Notes under the pieces: model-generated
Told to the model about the DNA's origin: nothing
Database searches by the model: none
The model's input: only the letters and a program-made list of their open reading frames with translations
Source: Deltaproteobacteria bacterium
GTDB lineage: Bacteria; Myxococcota_A; UBA9160; SMWR01
DNA: 53,399 bases
Assembly: GCA_032128375.1 (NCBI GenBank)
Contig: JAQBGU010000078.1
Location: forward strand, 1-53,399
Direction of reading: 5' to 3'
Shown: positions 1-9,995 of the stretch, in pieces
Layout: each line of letters opens with the position of its first letter
Numbering within the stretch: the first letter of the stretch is position 1
Position numbers and translations under genes: made by a program

Positions 1-927
<927 letters not shown>

Positions 928-963
928 ACTCTTCCCGACGCTGAGCTGTTCACGTGATCTCTC

Positions 964-3294
964 TCATGTTGTGTGAACAAGATCGGTTTCGATCGCTTCA
1001 CTGCCCAATCCGTCACTCGCAAGGCCGAGCATCGCGAGCAACGCGATGAGAAAGGAGGCGAGGCTTTCGGCCCCCTGGTTCTCGTTCACGGCGCTCAGCC
1101 CGAGTCCATCATGGCAGCCGGCGGTCGAGAAATCGTAGAGGGAAAGCCCGAGACGGTTGGCGCCCAGAAACCATTCGAAGGATTGCCGCATACGGGTCAT
1201 GTATCGGCGATCGCCCGTCGCGTCATGAGCGGCGCGAAACGCCAACACGAAGGCCGACGCGTCGATCGGTTGCTCATCAGCGACAGGGAGCTCGCCTCCT
1301 CGAGCGTGCCATCCCGCGTTCCCAACGATTTGGAGGTGCTGGCCCGCAAAGCAGACCTCCTCGAGAAACGACAGGCTGTCGCACGCGACGCGCAGCGCTG
1401 TCTTGTCACCGGTGCGCTTCGAATACGTGAACAGCGCCAGGGGGAACAGCGCGTTCTTGTAGGTCAGATCGGGCTCGAACCAGCGCCACGTCTCGTCGGC
1501 TTCTTCCTCGAAGCGGCGAATCAGCTTTGCTGCGAGGGAATGCAGTGTCTCCGATGCGAGCTCGTTGTCTGGCGCGTGCCGCAGATAGCTGTCCAGCCCG
1601 AGTATTCCCAGCGCGGCTCCGCGCGGGCCAAAGGTCACTGGGAGCGTCATGGATCGATCGAACATCTTCTTGGCCAGCAGGCGATGGCCCTCATCCGGCG
1701 CCAAATCGACCGCTAGACCGAGAGCCCACATGGCTCTTCCCACACAATCCTGCGAGCCGGGCTCGCGATCGAGGTTCCGGCGAAAGTCCATGAAGTTCAG
1801 GAAATGTCCGTCTTCTCGCTGGGAGTAGTGGAGATAGCTCAGGTAGGTCGTGATCAGCGGTCTTGTTTCGCCAAGGCCGATCACCCGCTGAGCCAGCAGG
1901 GCGACGAGGAGCCCCCGCGCGTTGTCATCCACGCAGTAGCCGAATCGGCGGTCGGGAACACTGTGGGCGGCATGTTGCAGGAGGCCCGTGTCGTCGGTCA
2001 TCCGGATGAGATGGTCGAGGCGCAGCTCCGGAATGCTGCGGGGCAGAACCGCCGGGACCTCCGGCACCACGGCCTCGACCAGCGCCTCTTGAATCAGCTC
2101 GACATAGTCTTGCCCGACTCGCGGCCAGATCATCTGGCGCGCGAACGCGTAGGCAAGGCGTTGGCTCTTTTCCAGGTCTAGCGGATTCTTCAAGAGCTTC
2201 CGAAGCGCATCACCGAGCCCGTCGACATCACCAAAGCCAAAGATGTGGCCACGCCCCTCTGCCAAGAGCTCCTTCGCGTACCAATAAGGTGTGGACACGG
2301 GAGTGGCCCCAGACCCCATTGCGTACGCAAGCGTTCCGCTCGTGATCTGAGCCTCATTCCGATACGGCGTAATGTAGATGTCCGCTGCCTGGAGATAGCT
2401 GCAGAGCTCATCATTATCGACGAACTCGTCCCGGAAAACGACGTGGTCAGTTAGGCTCAACGACTCGACTTCGCGCTTCAGCGAGTGCCGGTATTCCTCC
2501 CCCATCAGACGCTTGACGTCGGGATGGGTGGCGCCGACGACGAGGTAGATCAGATCCGGAAACTCTGCGACGAGCTTCGGCAACGCGCGAATGACCACTT
2601 CGATCCCCTTCGAGGGGCTGATCAACCCAAACGTGAGCAGAACACGTTGGCTAGCTACACCGAACTTCGCTTTGTTCAGGTCGCGCTCGTCAGCCCGCAT
2701 GTCCGGGATGCCGTGGGGAATGACATGTGTCTTCTCGGATTGGATGTCGTAGGACTTCTCGAGAAGCTCGACGGCAAGATGGCTCATGACCACCAAGCGC
2801 TCACAGCGTTCGGCGATCTTCTTTACGATCAGCCGCTGTGAAGCTGTGGGCCGATCGAGGACGGTGTGTAGCGTGGCGATGCTCGGCTTCCGCAACTCAG
2901 CCAGGAAGTCGAGGATGTAAGCGCCGTCTTTTCCACCGAAAATTCCGTACTCGTGCTGGATCGAGACCATTCGGGTGTCGCTGTAGTTGACGAAATCAGC
3001 CGCTCGCAGGTAGTCGCCCCGGACCCCCTGACGAATTTCGAAGCGCACGCGTTGGTCGCGCTGGAAGGTGGATTCGGCGTCGGTCATCGCCACAACCGTT
3101 CCGCGCACTTCGTCGCTCGCCGAGATTACGGCTTCACTCAGATCGCGCGTAAACGTACCAATGCCACAGCGTTGGGGCGGGTAGGTACCGACGAAGGCAA
3201 TGGGCAGCGCGACGCCGTGACGGCCTCGCTGGCTCTTCTCGATTTCGTTCACTGAGGTCCATTCCACGCTGACCACTGCGACGTCCGGATCCAT
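964..3294 (-). CDS. GT4-family glycosyltransferase with C-terminal glycosidase-like helical domain
   Basis: GTYPPQRCGIGTFT, IQHEYGIFGG, TFGLISPSKGIE, QITSGTLAYAMG; C-terminal DDTGLLQHA...GYCVDDNARGL...DEQPID...NENQGAES. Confidence 0.9.
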   Translation of the reverse strand: MDPDVAVVSVEWTSVNEIEKSQRGRHGVALPIAFVGTYPPQRCGIGTFTRDLSEAVISASDEVRGTVVAMTDAESTFQRDQRVRFEIRQGVRGDYLRAADFVNYSDTRMVSIQHEYGIFGGKDGAYILDFLAELRKPSIATLHTVLDRPTASQRLIVKKIAERCERLVVMSHLAVELLEKSYDIQSEKTHVIPHGIPDMRADERDLNKAKFGVASQRVLLTFGLISPSKGIEVVIRALPKLVAEFPDLIYLVVGATHPDVKRLMGEEYRHSLKREVESLSLTDHVVFRDEFVDNDELCSYLQAADIYITPYRNEAQITSGTLAYAMGSGATPVSTPYWYAKELLAEGRGHIFGFGDVDGLGDALRKLLKNPLDLEKSQRLAYAFARQMIWPRVGQDYVELIQEALVEAVVPEVPAVLPRSIPELRLDHLIRMTDDTGLLQHAAHSVPDRRFGYCVDDNARGLLVALLAQRVIGLGETRPLITTYLSYLHYSQREDGHFLNFMDFRRNLDREPGSQDCVGRAMWALGLAVDLAPDEGHRLLAKKMFDRSMTLPVTFGPRGAALGILGLDSYLRHAPDNELASETLHSLAAKLIRRFEEEADETWRWFEPDLTYKNALFPLALFTYSKRTGDKTALRVACDSLSFLEEVCFAGQHLQIVGNAGWHARGGELPVADEQPIDASAFVLAFRAAHDATGDRRYMTRMRQSFEWFLGANRLGLSLYDFSTAGCHDGLGLSAVNENQGAESLASFLIALLAMLGLASDGLGSEAIETDLVHTT

Positions 3295-3359
3295 CGACCA
3301 TTCATCGGGCCGGGCGTGATGCTATCAGGTCGGCGCTGGATTCGGGTCGGGGGTGGTGA

Positions 3360-3485
3360 CGCGCGCGGGAGCGCCCGTTTCGCGAATCCAGGCCGGGGAG
3401 TCACGGATGGCGAGACCCCGGCGAGGCGTCTGTATTCGCGTGCCGGCTTCCTACCCGTCGGAGAGCCCGAAAGCCTGCGTTCGAG
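3360..3485 (+). pseudogene. GNAT acetyltransferase C-terminal relic
   Basis: GVTDGETPARRLYSRAGFLPVGEPESLRS resembles GNAT motif B (N..A.RLY.R.GF); no N-terminal half. Confidence 0.5.
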
Positions 3486-3599
3486 ACAGAATCTGCCGCA
3501 GCGCGCTGCGCCGTTTTTTCGAATTCGCCCAGCACTACCTCTTCTTTGATCACGTCCTCCCAGCCAGGAACGTCGCGGCGAATCTCACAGCAGCGCGTC

Positions 3600-3700
3600 G
3601 AGGTTCGCGCCCAACAGATCGTTGCCGCCGCCCCATTCTGGCCGTAGCATCCGGCACTGTCGTCAGCGTCGTGGACGGCGTGGCCAGGGGCGGTGCAATG
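3600..3700 (+). pseudogene. M23 peptidase relic
   Basis: RPILAVASGTVVSVVDGV resembles the M23 'G.PV.A.ADG.VV.V.DG' strand; no HxxxD or HxH motif in frame. Confidence 0.4.
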
Positions 3701-3899
3701 TCCCTACGCGTGTGTCCGATTCCGGGTGCTCAGCCAAGAAGCCGAAAAGTCGTGTGAAGGGACTCCAAGACTCGGTCCGCGACGTCGAATCCGAATCTCT
3801 CGGCGGCATGGCGATCGCCGACGCCGCGGACCTCTCCGGGGCAAACCAGAGATGACGAAGAGCTCGCGACGCTCGCCTAGTGCGAGATAGACTGCGCCA

Positions 3900-4868
3900 A
3901 TGCAACCGAAGCTCAGCCTGTTCGGCGAAGCGCTGGGCCTCACGCCGCCCCGCGAGCGCTTCCGCCAGGCCATGATCGCGCTTCGCGGCGAAGAGGACGT
4001 GCCGGCGACGCAGTTCGGCCTGTCGAGCCTGGCGCAGTTGCGGCCACGCATCGCCACCACGTTGTGGCGCGGCAAGTTTCACATCCCGCGCAAAGCGCTG
4101 ATCACGAACCTTTTCAACCACCGGCAGACCCCGATCGAGCTCGGCTGGTCCGTCAGGAAGACCCAGGTCGAAGATTTCCGCGGGCGCGATCTCACCTACG
4201 ACAGCCACAACGGCACGGATTTCGCCGTGCCGGTCGGCTCGCTGGTCACCACGGCCGCGCCCGGCCAGGTCGTGCGGATCGCCGCGGAGTTCAATCGCGG
4301 CGGGCTCAAGATCTTCATCGACCACGGGCGCGGCCTGATGACTTGCTATGCGCACCTGGCGCGGGCGCTGGTCCAGCTGAGCGATGTGCTGGAGCGCGGG
4401 CAGCCGATCGCGCTCTCGGGGTACAGCGGGCTGGACTCGCTGGTGACGTTTCCGTTCGGGGTGCCGCATGTGCATTTCAACGTGTGGTTGAATGCCGAGC
4501 CGGTTGATCCGTTCGCGTTTGGTGGGGCGAAGAGTGTTTGGGCTGGGGGTGAGGGGCCGACCGTGGCCGCGGGGGCTGGCGCGGGCGCCGATGCAGCCGG
4601 ACGCTTCGAGCCGAGTGTGTACACCGAGGGGCGGCTCGACGACGCGATCGCGGCGTGCATCACAGAGGCCTCGCGGGAGCGGCTGCGCGCGACCGAGCCC
4701 CTGCCCATGCGCGCGGCCGCCACGATCGCGGAGATGAACTACTACCCGACGCGGTTTCCCGTGCGGGTTTCGCCGTATGCGGCGGAATACCCGCGCGAGC
4801 CGCGGCTCGATATGCCGACGGCGGCCGTGGAGATTGATGGAGTGGAGTTTGTGGACGAGTTGGGTTGA
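3900..4868 (+). CDS. M23 family metallopeptidase
   Basis: HNGTDF (HxxxD), YAHL and PHVHF (HxH) zinc motifs. Confidence 0.9.
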   Translation: MQPKLSLFGEALGLTPPRERFRQAMIALRGEEDVPATQFGLSSLAQLRPRIATTLWRGKFHIPRKALITNLFNHRQTPIELGWSVRKTQVEDFRGRDLTYDSHNGTDFAVPVGSLVTTAAPGQVVRIAAEFNRGGLKIFIDHGRGLMTCYAHLARALVQLSDVLERGQPIALSGYSGLDSLVTFPFGVPHVHFNVWLNAEPVDPFAFGGAKSVWAGGEGPTVAAGAGAGADAAGRFEPSVYTEGRLDDAIAACITEASRERLRATEPLPMRAAATIAEMNYYPTRFPVRVSPYAAEYPREPRLDMPTAAVEIDGVEFVDELG

Positions 4869-4928
4869 AGGCCGGGCCGCGCGCCCCCAGCTCCCCTACT
4901 TCTACTCCTTCGGCGCCAGCGCAAAATA

Positions 4929-5180
4929 TTAGAGCGGGTCCCCTGCGCGTTGCCGTGCCCTCCCCGCTTGATGCGCAGTGCAGGCGTAGGGTGTGAAGAT
5001 GAGCTCCCGCTCATCGGGCGGACGGAAATCCTGCGTCCCGAGAAAGGCGAGGTAGTGGAAATCGCAGCGGTCGACGAGCATGCGCCGGCCCACCAGCTGA
5101 ACCTCACCGTCTCCGAACACGATGCTTCCCGTCCAGATCTCCGAGGGGGCAAAAAGGACCCGCGTCCACGCGATCTGCAT
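4929..5180 (-). CDS. Hypothetical protein, possibly the 3' part of an interrupted gene
   Basis: Protein-like composition (MQIAWTRVLFAPSEIWTGSIVFGDGEV...). The frame stays open upstream to a TGA at 5274-5276. The overlapping + ORF 4950..5351 looks like its antisense shadow. Confidence 0.35.
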   Translation of the reverse strand: MQIAWTRVLFAPSEIWTGSIVFGDGEVQLVGRRMLVDRCDFHYLAFLGTQDFRPPDERELIFTPYACTAHQAGRARQRAGDPL

Positions 5181-5442
5181 CTCGCGGCGCGAGACGGCCG
5201 GCCCCTCGAAGCACGGCTCGTCGAGGCGCTGCGCGAGACGCGCGTGGCACCCGGCGCCATCGCGAGCGCGCCCTCACTCTTCTTCATTGCCCACCCGAGC
5301 GACCACTGCCCGAGTTACGCCCAGCAAGCGCTGCGCCGCAACCCCGCGTAGTGTAAACGGGTTGACGGAGCCCGCGCGCAGCTGCCGCGTAGAGTTCGCT
5401 TGAATCGCTTCTTTCGCCGATGCAGCGACGGTCTGGCATGAC

Positions 5443-6435
5443 ATGAGTGACACGGTCTGTGGAGTTCCCCGCGCTGCTACGAAGCAAGAGCGCCAGCTCA
5501 ACTGGAAGCTGTTCCGTGCCGCCGCGGAGGGGGCGCGCCGCTACCTGGCACTTTCCGGAGTCGTCGGAGTCGGTCCAGGGCTGCGCGCGCGGGGCGGGGT
5601 CGAGACTGGGGAGCTCTGCGTTCAGTTCCTCGTGCGCAAAAAGCACCGCCGCCCGGGGCACCCACTGCCCCACTTTGTCTACGCCCGCGATCGCAGCGGC
5701 CGCCTCGACTACCGCACCAAATTCGCGACCGACGTCGTCGAAGTGGGGCGACCCGAATTCGCCTGCGGCGGCGGCGCGCCTATCGAGGCAGATTCTGAAG
5801 AGGGTACCATCACCTTGATCTTTCGAAACCGCGCGCCGCGCGGAAACAGGGCGTGGTACCTCCTCACCTGCTCTCACGTAGCGAGCGATTTGAACGCTTC
5901 GCCCCCCGACGATCCCGCGATCGAGGCAGCCGCCTGCGTTCGCGCGCCCACATTCGCAAACACGATCAAGAACACGCTGCCCAAGCGCCAACATCTCGGC
6001 TACGACATCGCGCTGGCAGAGCTCACCTCCGAAGCCCGCAACGAACTCGGCAGCGCGGGCCTCACTGCACTCGATGGCCGGGTGAGCGAAGACGGCACGC
6101 GACTCACCGCCTTCATCGACCGCGCCGACCTGCGCCCTTCCCTCGCCGTCCAATGCCAGCTCGGCGTTTCGGGTGCCCGAAACGGGCGCGTCACTTGGGG
6201 GCCAGGCCCGGTTCGCGCACGGCTCGACGGCGACTGGCTCGAACTCAACGACGTCTACATGACTAACATCCGAGCCGTGCCCGGCGATTCCGGCGGCATC
6301 GTATTCAGCGACGACCTGGCCGTGGGCCTCATCTTCGCACGGTCGGAGGCCCACATGGCCTGGCTGCAACCTCTCGAGCCCGCCGTCCAGCACCTGGCGG
6401 TGCTCGAGCCCGAGTTTTCACTACAAGTGTTCTAG
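5443..6435 (+). CDS. Nal1-like trypsin-fold (S1) serine protease with N-terminal pro-like domain, no signal peptide
   Basis: Catalytic triad LLTCSHV / YDIALAEL / PGDSGG; N-terminal GVVGVGPG...CVQFLVRKK...LP...TDVVEVG pattern of Nal1-type proteases. Confidence 0.8.
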   Translation: MSDTVCGVPRAATKQERQLNWKLFRAAAEGARRYLALSGVVGVGPGLRARGGVETGELCVQFLVRKKHRRPGHPLPHFVYARDRSGRLDYRTKFATDVVEVGRPEFACGGGAPIEADSEEGTITLIFRNRAPRGNRAWYLLTCSHVASDLNASPPDDPAIEAAACVRAPTFANTIKNTLPKRQHLGYDIALAELTSEARNELGSAGLTALDGRVSEDGTRLTAFIDRADLRPSLAVQCQLGVSGARNGRVTWGPGPVRARLDGDWLELNDVYMTNIRAVPGDSGGIVFSDDLAVGLIFARSEAHMAWLQPLEPAVQHLAVLEPEFSLQVF

Positions 6436-6457
6436 TCCCTCACGAAAAGGAGTACCC

Positions 6458-6922
6458 ATGAGTCGCAAACTCATCCTCGCATTCCTCCTCGCCGCCCTCG
6501 CCAGCACCGGCTGCGCGATGGTGCAGGTCTATCCGGCACGCCCGGGCGACGCACCGAAGGGCGCCCGCGTCTACCCGCCCAAGATCTACCTGCTAGTCGA
6601 CACGACCACGAGCGAATTGGTCACCATTCCCGACCTGTGCAGACCCTACGACCTCGTACCGCTCACCATCCTGGCCAAGCAGGAATTCAAGGTGGAGGCA
6701 GACGGCGGGATGCTGAAATCACTGACGGCGAACCAGGACACGACAGCGTTCCTCACCTTCCAAGCCGGCGCGGCGGAGCTTGCGGCGAGGGCGGCGGGGA
6801 CTGGAGTTTCGCACGAGAAGCTGGCTGGGACGTTTGGGTTGGCGAAGGGGGTTTATGAGTTCGCGGAGAATGGGGGGTTGCGGGTGGTGGATGGGGGGAC
6901 TTGTAGGGGTTGGCTCGGGTAG
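6458..6922 (+). CDS. Uncharacterised lipoprotein
   Basis: Strong RBS (AAAGGAG), signal peptide ending LASTG-C (lipobox); 22 bp downstream of the protease. Confidence 0.8.
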   Translation: MSRKLILAFLLAALASTGCAMVQVYPARPGDAPKGARVYPPKIYLLVDTTTSELVTIPDLCRPYDLVPLTILAKQEFKVEADGGMLKSLTANQDTTAFLTFQAGAAELAARAAGTGVSHEKLAGTFGLAKGVYEFAENGGLRVVDGGTCRGWLG

Positions 6923-7149
6923 GACTTCGCGGTGCGATGACTCTCCACGGTTCGTCAGGATCAACTGATTCTCTACTCGATGCTGTCGTACCATGAGCAG
7001 CCGGGCGGGCGAGATCGGGAAGGAGAAAGCCCACTAATTCCGCGGCGTACACACATTGCGTTGCCTGCGGGCTTGATGTCGACTACCCGAAACTCCGTGC
7101 CCGGTCCGCAAACTTCTCCGATCGAGAGGCCGTCTCGTCGGCGATCCCA

Positions 7150-9363
7150 ATGTCGACGAGTTGCGTGATGGTTTGCGAACGGTCTGCGTATCGATTGCGC
7201 GTGGTGCCGGGCGATGTGATCGCCCCGGGCGCCACGCTCGAGGCCACTCAGCATGAAGCCATTGAACAGATGTTGGAAGCGGGCGTCCAGGCAGGACTCC
7301 AGGCGGTGACCGCGTCGGTAGAGACCCAGGTTCAAGATGCCCTCGTCCTCGGCATTGAAGCTTCCGCCGTCAGCGCCATCGTTGAGCATACTTGCAGCGT
7401 GCAATCAGACGCGGCCAAGGTGGAGATCCGAGCAAAGATCATAGAAGCCATTGACGACGAACTCGGGACTCTTTCCGAGGGGCGGCTCACGATTCCGCCT
7501 ATTCCAAAACCCCCTGCGTCCCCCTTACCAAACGTCTGCATTCCCAGAGTCTGCACTCCCGAAATTTGCATCCCCTTTACCAGCATATGTACGCCACAGA
7601 TATGTACGCCGGAGCTATGTACGCCCGGAAGAATCGACCTGTGCGATCCGGAATTGGATTTTGGCCTTGAAGATGTGGCGATCGATGGACCCCTCACTTG
7701 CAGCGTCTCTCTGGACAACGGCGAGATGACGCTCAGAGCCGGTTTTCAGAAGATACGATTCATCGATTTCGAGGCGAAGGGGTTCTGTGCCGAGGCAAGA
7801 GGACTCTGGTCGTCCGCCGCCGGCTTCGATGCGCAGCTCTCGCCCAGCGTGTCCAACCCGCGACTTGTGTCGGTGATCTCCCAGTCGGAACTCATCGGGC
7901 CAGAAAAACTCAACTATGCATTCGAATCAACCGGAGTGGAAATAAATCTCGGATTGCTCTCGGGTTTTGTTTTCCCAGGCGTACTCTCTGCTATCCCACC
8001 ACTGAATCCCGTTGTCATCCTCTTGCAGGTTGCGTTTATTAATAACGTGTTCTTGAACAGCATACTCATCCCCGGAGACCTGTTTGGGTTCAGTCCGATC
8101 GACGTCCTCTTTGACTTGTGGGATCTACTGCCAGTGAATGACGTCAATCTCGCAAAGACTCTCAGCAGCAGAATTGGTTCGAAAAGCATCAAAACCGGCA
8201 TAGAGGCGATCGCGATCGACGAGCAGGAAATTGCGTCGTTCATGTTGAGCCTGCGCGCGACGCTCACATCCGCCGAGATCACGCCAAGTGGGGTCACGGT
8301 TTCTGGAACAGCCACGTTCTCGCCGACCTCAGTCGATCCGAACGCAGAACCAGCCCCCGGAGGGGCTCTCACGCCCGCGGCGAGACCGACGCCACCTCAA
8401 CCCGGGTCGGGCAACACATTCTTTGTCATCTCAGACGATGCATTCAACCAGCTGTTCGCCAGCATGACGAGGCAGGGGCTCAAGACCGAATGCTTGCCGT
8501 CCGGCAGGACCTTCGGCGATGTGCTCCCCGATGATTGCGGCGTAGGGGCGGCAGCGCCGCCCGAGGCGGTCGGGTTCTGTGAGGGCGTGAAACTCACCGA
8601 TTGCGAATCACTCGCCCTCCCGACGACTCAGGGTGTCTGCCACGGAGCGCAGGGTAACGACTGCGAGACGATACCGGTCGCCGGTTTCGCTCCCTTCGCG
8701 AGTATCGAGCGTCAAGCTTGCCGGAACACGCCGTTCCTGAACATCACCGTCGACATGGGACTTTTGTTCTGCGGCAGGGCCGAAGTGCCGCCGGCGCTTC
8801 TAATCAGTGATGACCTCACCACGCCCGAGGTCGAGACACACTTTCGACTGAACGACCTGCTGGTGACACTCGTGCTGGATCGCAACGACGATGAGGTCAT
8901 CGAAGGTGAGCTGAATTCCCTTGCGAAGTGCAGCCAGGCTGGGGCAAACCGGACACTCGACTGCCAGCTGGGGGCGTCGTGTCTCGACTTGAACGTTGCC
9001 ACCCTCTTGAGCCTGGATACCAGCTCCGAGCAGCTGAGACTACGAACTGAGTTGTTGAGCGTCACGGGAGGGCAGCGGCCCCCGGGTTCCACCTGTGGAG
9101 GTGCGTTTGGTCTCCAGAATCAGCCCGGAGTGTCGGCGATCAGCAACTCGATCAACGTTCTGATCAACAACGTCAACGCGTTGACGCCGCCGCTCAAAAT
9201 TGATGGACTGGGTTTCGGAGGAATTTTGTCTTTCTCCAATCCGAGGCTGATCGCGATCAAGACCTCCGAGGCACTCCCCGGGTTCGACGACTACCTTGGG
9301 ATTACGGGCGGTTCGGCTGGCGGGTTACGATTTATCGATCGATATGGTATTTGTAGGTTGTGA
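7150..9363 (+). CDS. Large Cys-rich hypothetical protein with xCxPx repeats, possibly BPI/LBP (TULIP)-like; start uncertain, probably 5'-truncated
   Basis: 737-aa open frame; VCIPRVCTPEICIPFTSICTPQICTPELCTP; FVISDDAFNQLF; many paired Cys but no signal peptide. Confidence 0.65.
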   Translation: MSTSCVMVCERSAYRLRVVPGDVIAPGATLEATQHEAIEQMLEAGVQAGLQAVTASVETQVQDALVLGIEASAVSAIVEHTCSVQSDAAKVEIRAKIIEAIDDELGTLSEGRLTIPPIPKPPASPLPNVCIPRVCTPEICIPFTSICTPQICTPELCTPGRIDLCDPELDFGLEDVAIDGPLTCSVSLDNGEMTLRAGFQKIRFIDFEAKGFCAEARGLWSSAAGFDAQLSPSVSNPRLVSVISQSELIGPEKLNYAFESTGVEINLGLLSGFVFPGVLSAIPPLNPVVILLQVAFINNVFLNSILIPGDLFGFSPIDVLFDLWDLLPVNDVNLAKTLSSRIGSKSIKTGIEAIAIDEQEIASFMLSLRATLTSAEITPSGVTVSGTATFSPTSVDPNAEPAPGGALTPAARPTPPQPGSGNTFFVISDDAFNQLFASMTRQGLKTECLPSGRTFGDVLPDDCGVGAAAPPEAVGFCEGVKLTDCESLALPTTQGVCHGAQGNDCETIPVAGFAPFASIERQACRNTPFLNITVDMGLLFCGRAEVPPALLISDDLTTPEVETHFRLNDLLVTLVLDRNDDEVIEGELNSLAKCSQAGANRTLDCQLGASCLDLNVATLLSLDTSSEQLRLRTELLSVTGGQRPPGSTCGGAFGLQNQPGVSAISNSINVLINNVNALTPPLKIDGLGFGGILSFSNPRLIAIKTSEALPGFDDYLGITGGSAGGLRFIDRYGICRL
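7534..7629 (+). repeat. Six imperfect 15-bp coding repeats (xCxPx pentapeptide)
   Basis: gtctgcattcccaga/gtctgcactcccgaa/atttgcatccccttt/(accagc)/atatgtacgccacag/atatgtacgccggag/ctatgtacgcccgga. Confidence 0.85.
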
Positions 9364-9569
9364 ACACCGTCACCCTGTCGACCAAATACCAGCTGGTGAT
9401 CCCTCGTGAAGTCCGGGATCGTCTTGCTCTCGAGCCAGGAGCCAAGCTCACCGTCATCGAGAAGGGCGGCATTCTCTATCTCGTGCCTGAGCGGCCGATC
9501 GCTGAGATGCGCGGCGTCGCTCGCGGCACGCGGCGCAAGGGGCTTCGCGAGAAGAAGGACCGCCTTTGA
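9360..9569 (+). CDS. vapB: AbrB/MazE/SpoVT-family antitoxin
   Basis: TVTLSTKYQLVIPREVRDRLALEPGAKL; 4-bp overlap with the PIN gene. Confidence 0.9.
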   Translation: MNTVTLSTKYQLVIPREVRDRLALEPGAKLTVIEKGGILYLVPERPIAEMRGVARGTRRKGLREKKDRL

Positions 9570-9934
9570 TCCTCGTCGACTCGAGTGGTTGGATCGAGTA
9601 CCTCGCAGCGCGGCCAAAGGCGGACAAGTTTGCACCCTACATCGAGGGCGGCGAGCCTCTCCTGACGAGCGTGATCCAAGTCTACGAGATCTACAAAGTC
9701 GTCCGCCGAGACATCAGCGAGGAAAGGGCGATCGAGTCGATTTCGGTGCTACATGCAACGCGAATCGAATTGCTCGAGGAAAGCCTGGCTCTGGAGGCGG
9801 CGGACATCGCGCTCGAGCATGGCCTCGCGATGGCTGATGCGATCATCTTCGCCACGGCGCGGAAGCACGACGCGGAAATAGTCACCGCAAATTCGGACTT
9901 CGACGGCCTTCCAGGAGTTACGCTGATTCGCTGA
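9566..9934 (+). CDS. vapC: PIN-domain toxin
   Basis: ILVDSSGWIEY...YEIYK...LAMADAIIFATA...VTANSDF. Confidence 0.9.
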   Translation: MILVDSSGWIEYLAARPKADKFAPYIEGGEPLLTSVIQVYEIYKVVRRDISEERAIESISVLHATRIELLEESLALEAADIALEHGLAMADAIIFATARKHDAEIVTANSDFDGLPGVTLIR

Positions 9935-9995
9935 GCCTCGGGCGACCTGCCGACATGGCCGACTACGCGGAGCGGGTCGGCAACAGGTGCGACTG

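Noticed and set aside
5274..5276. Selenocysteine read-through joining ORFs 5274..5501 and 4929..5180
   Set aside because: Same frame, but no redox motif or evident SECIS, and the upstream ORF is not convincingly coding
5284..6393. 369-aa minus-strand ORF
   Set aside because: Shadow of the protease, which has a clear catalytic triad on the plus strand
3300..9934. Prophage, IS or integrative element
   Set aside because: Mosaic composition, but no integrase, transposase, terminal repeats or att duplication seen
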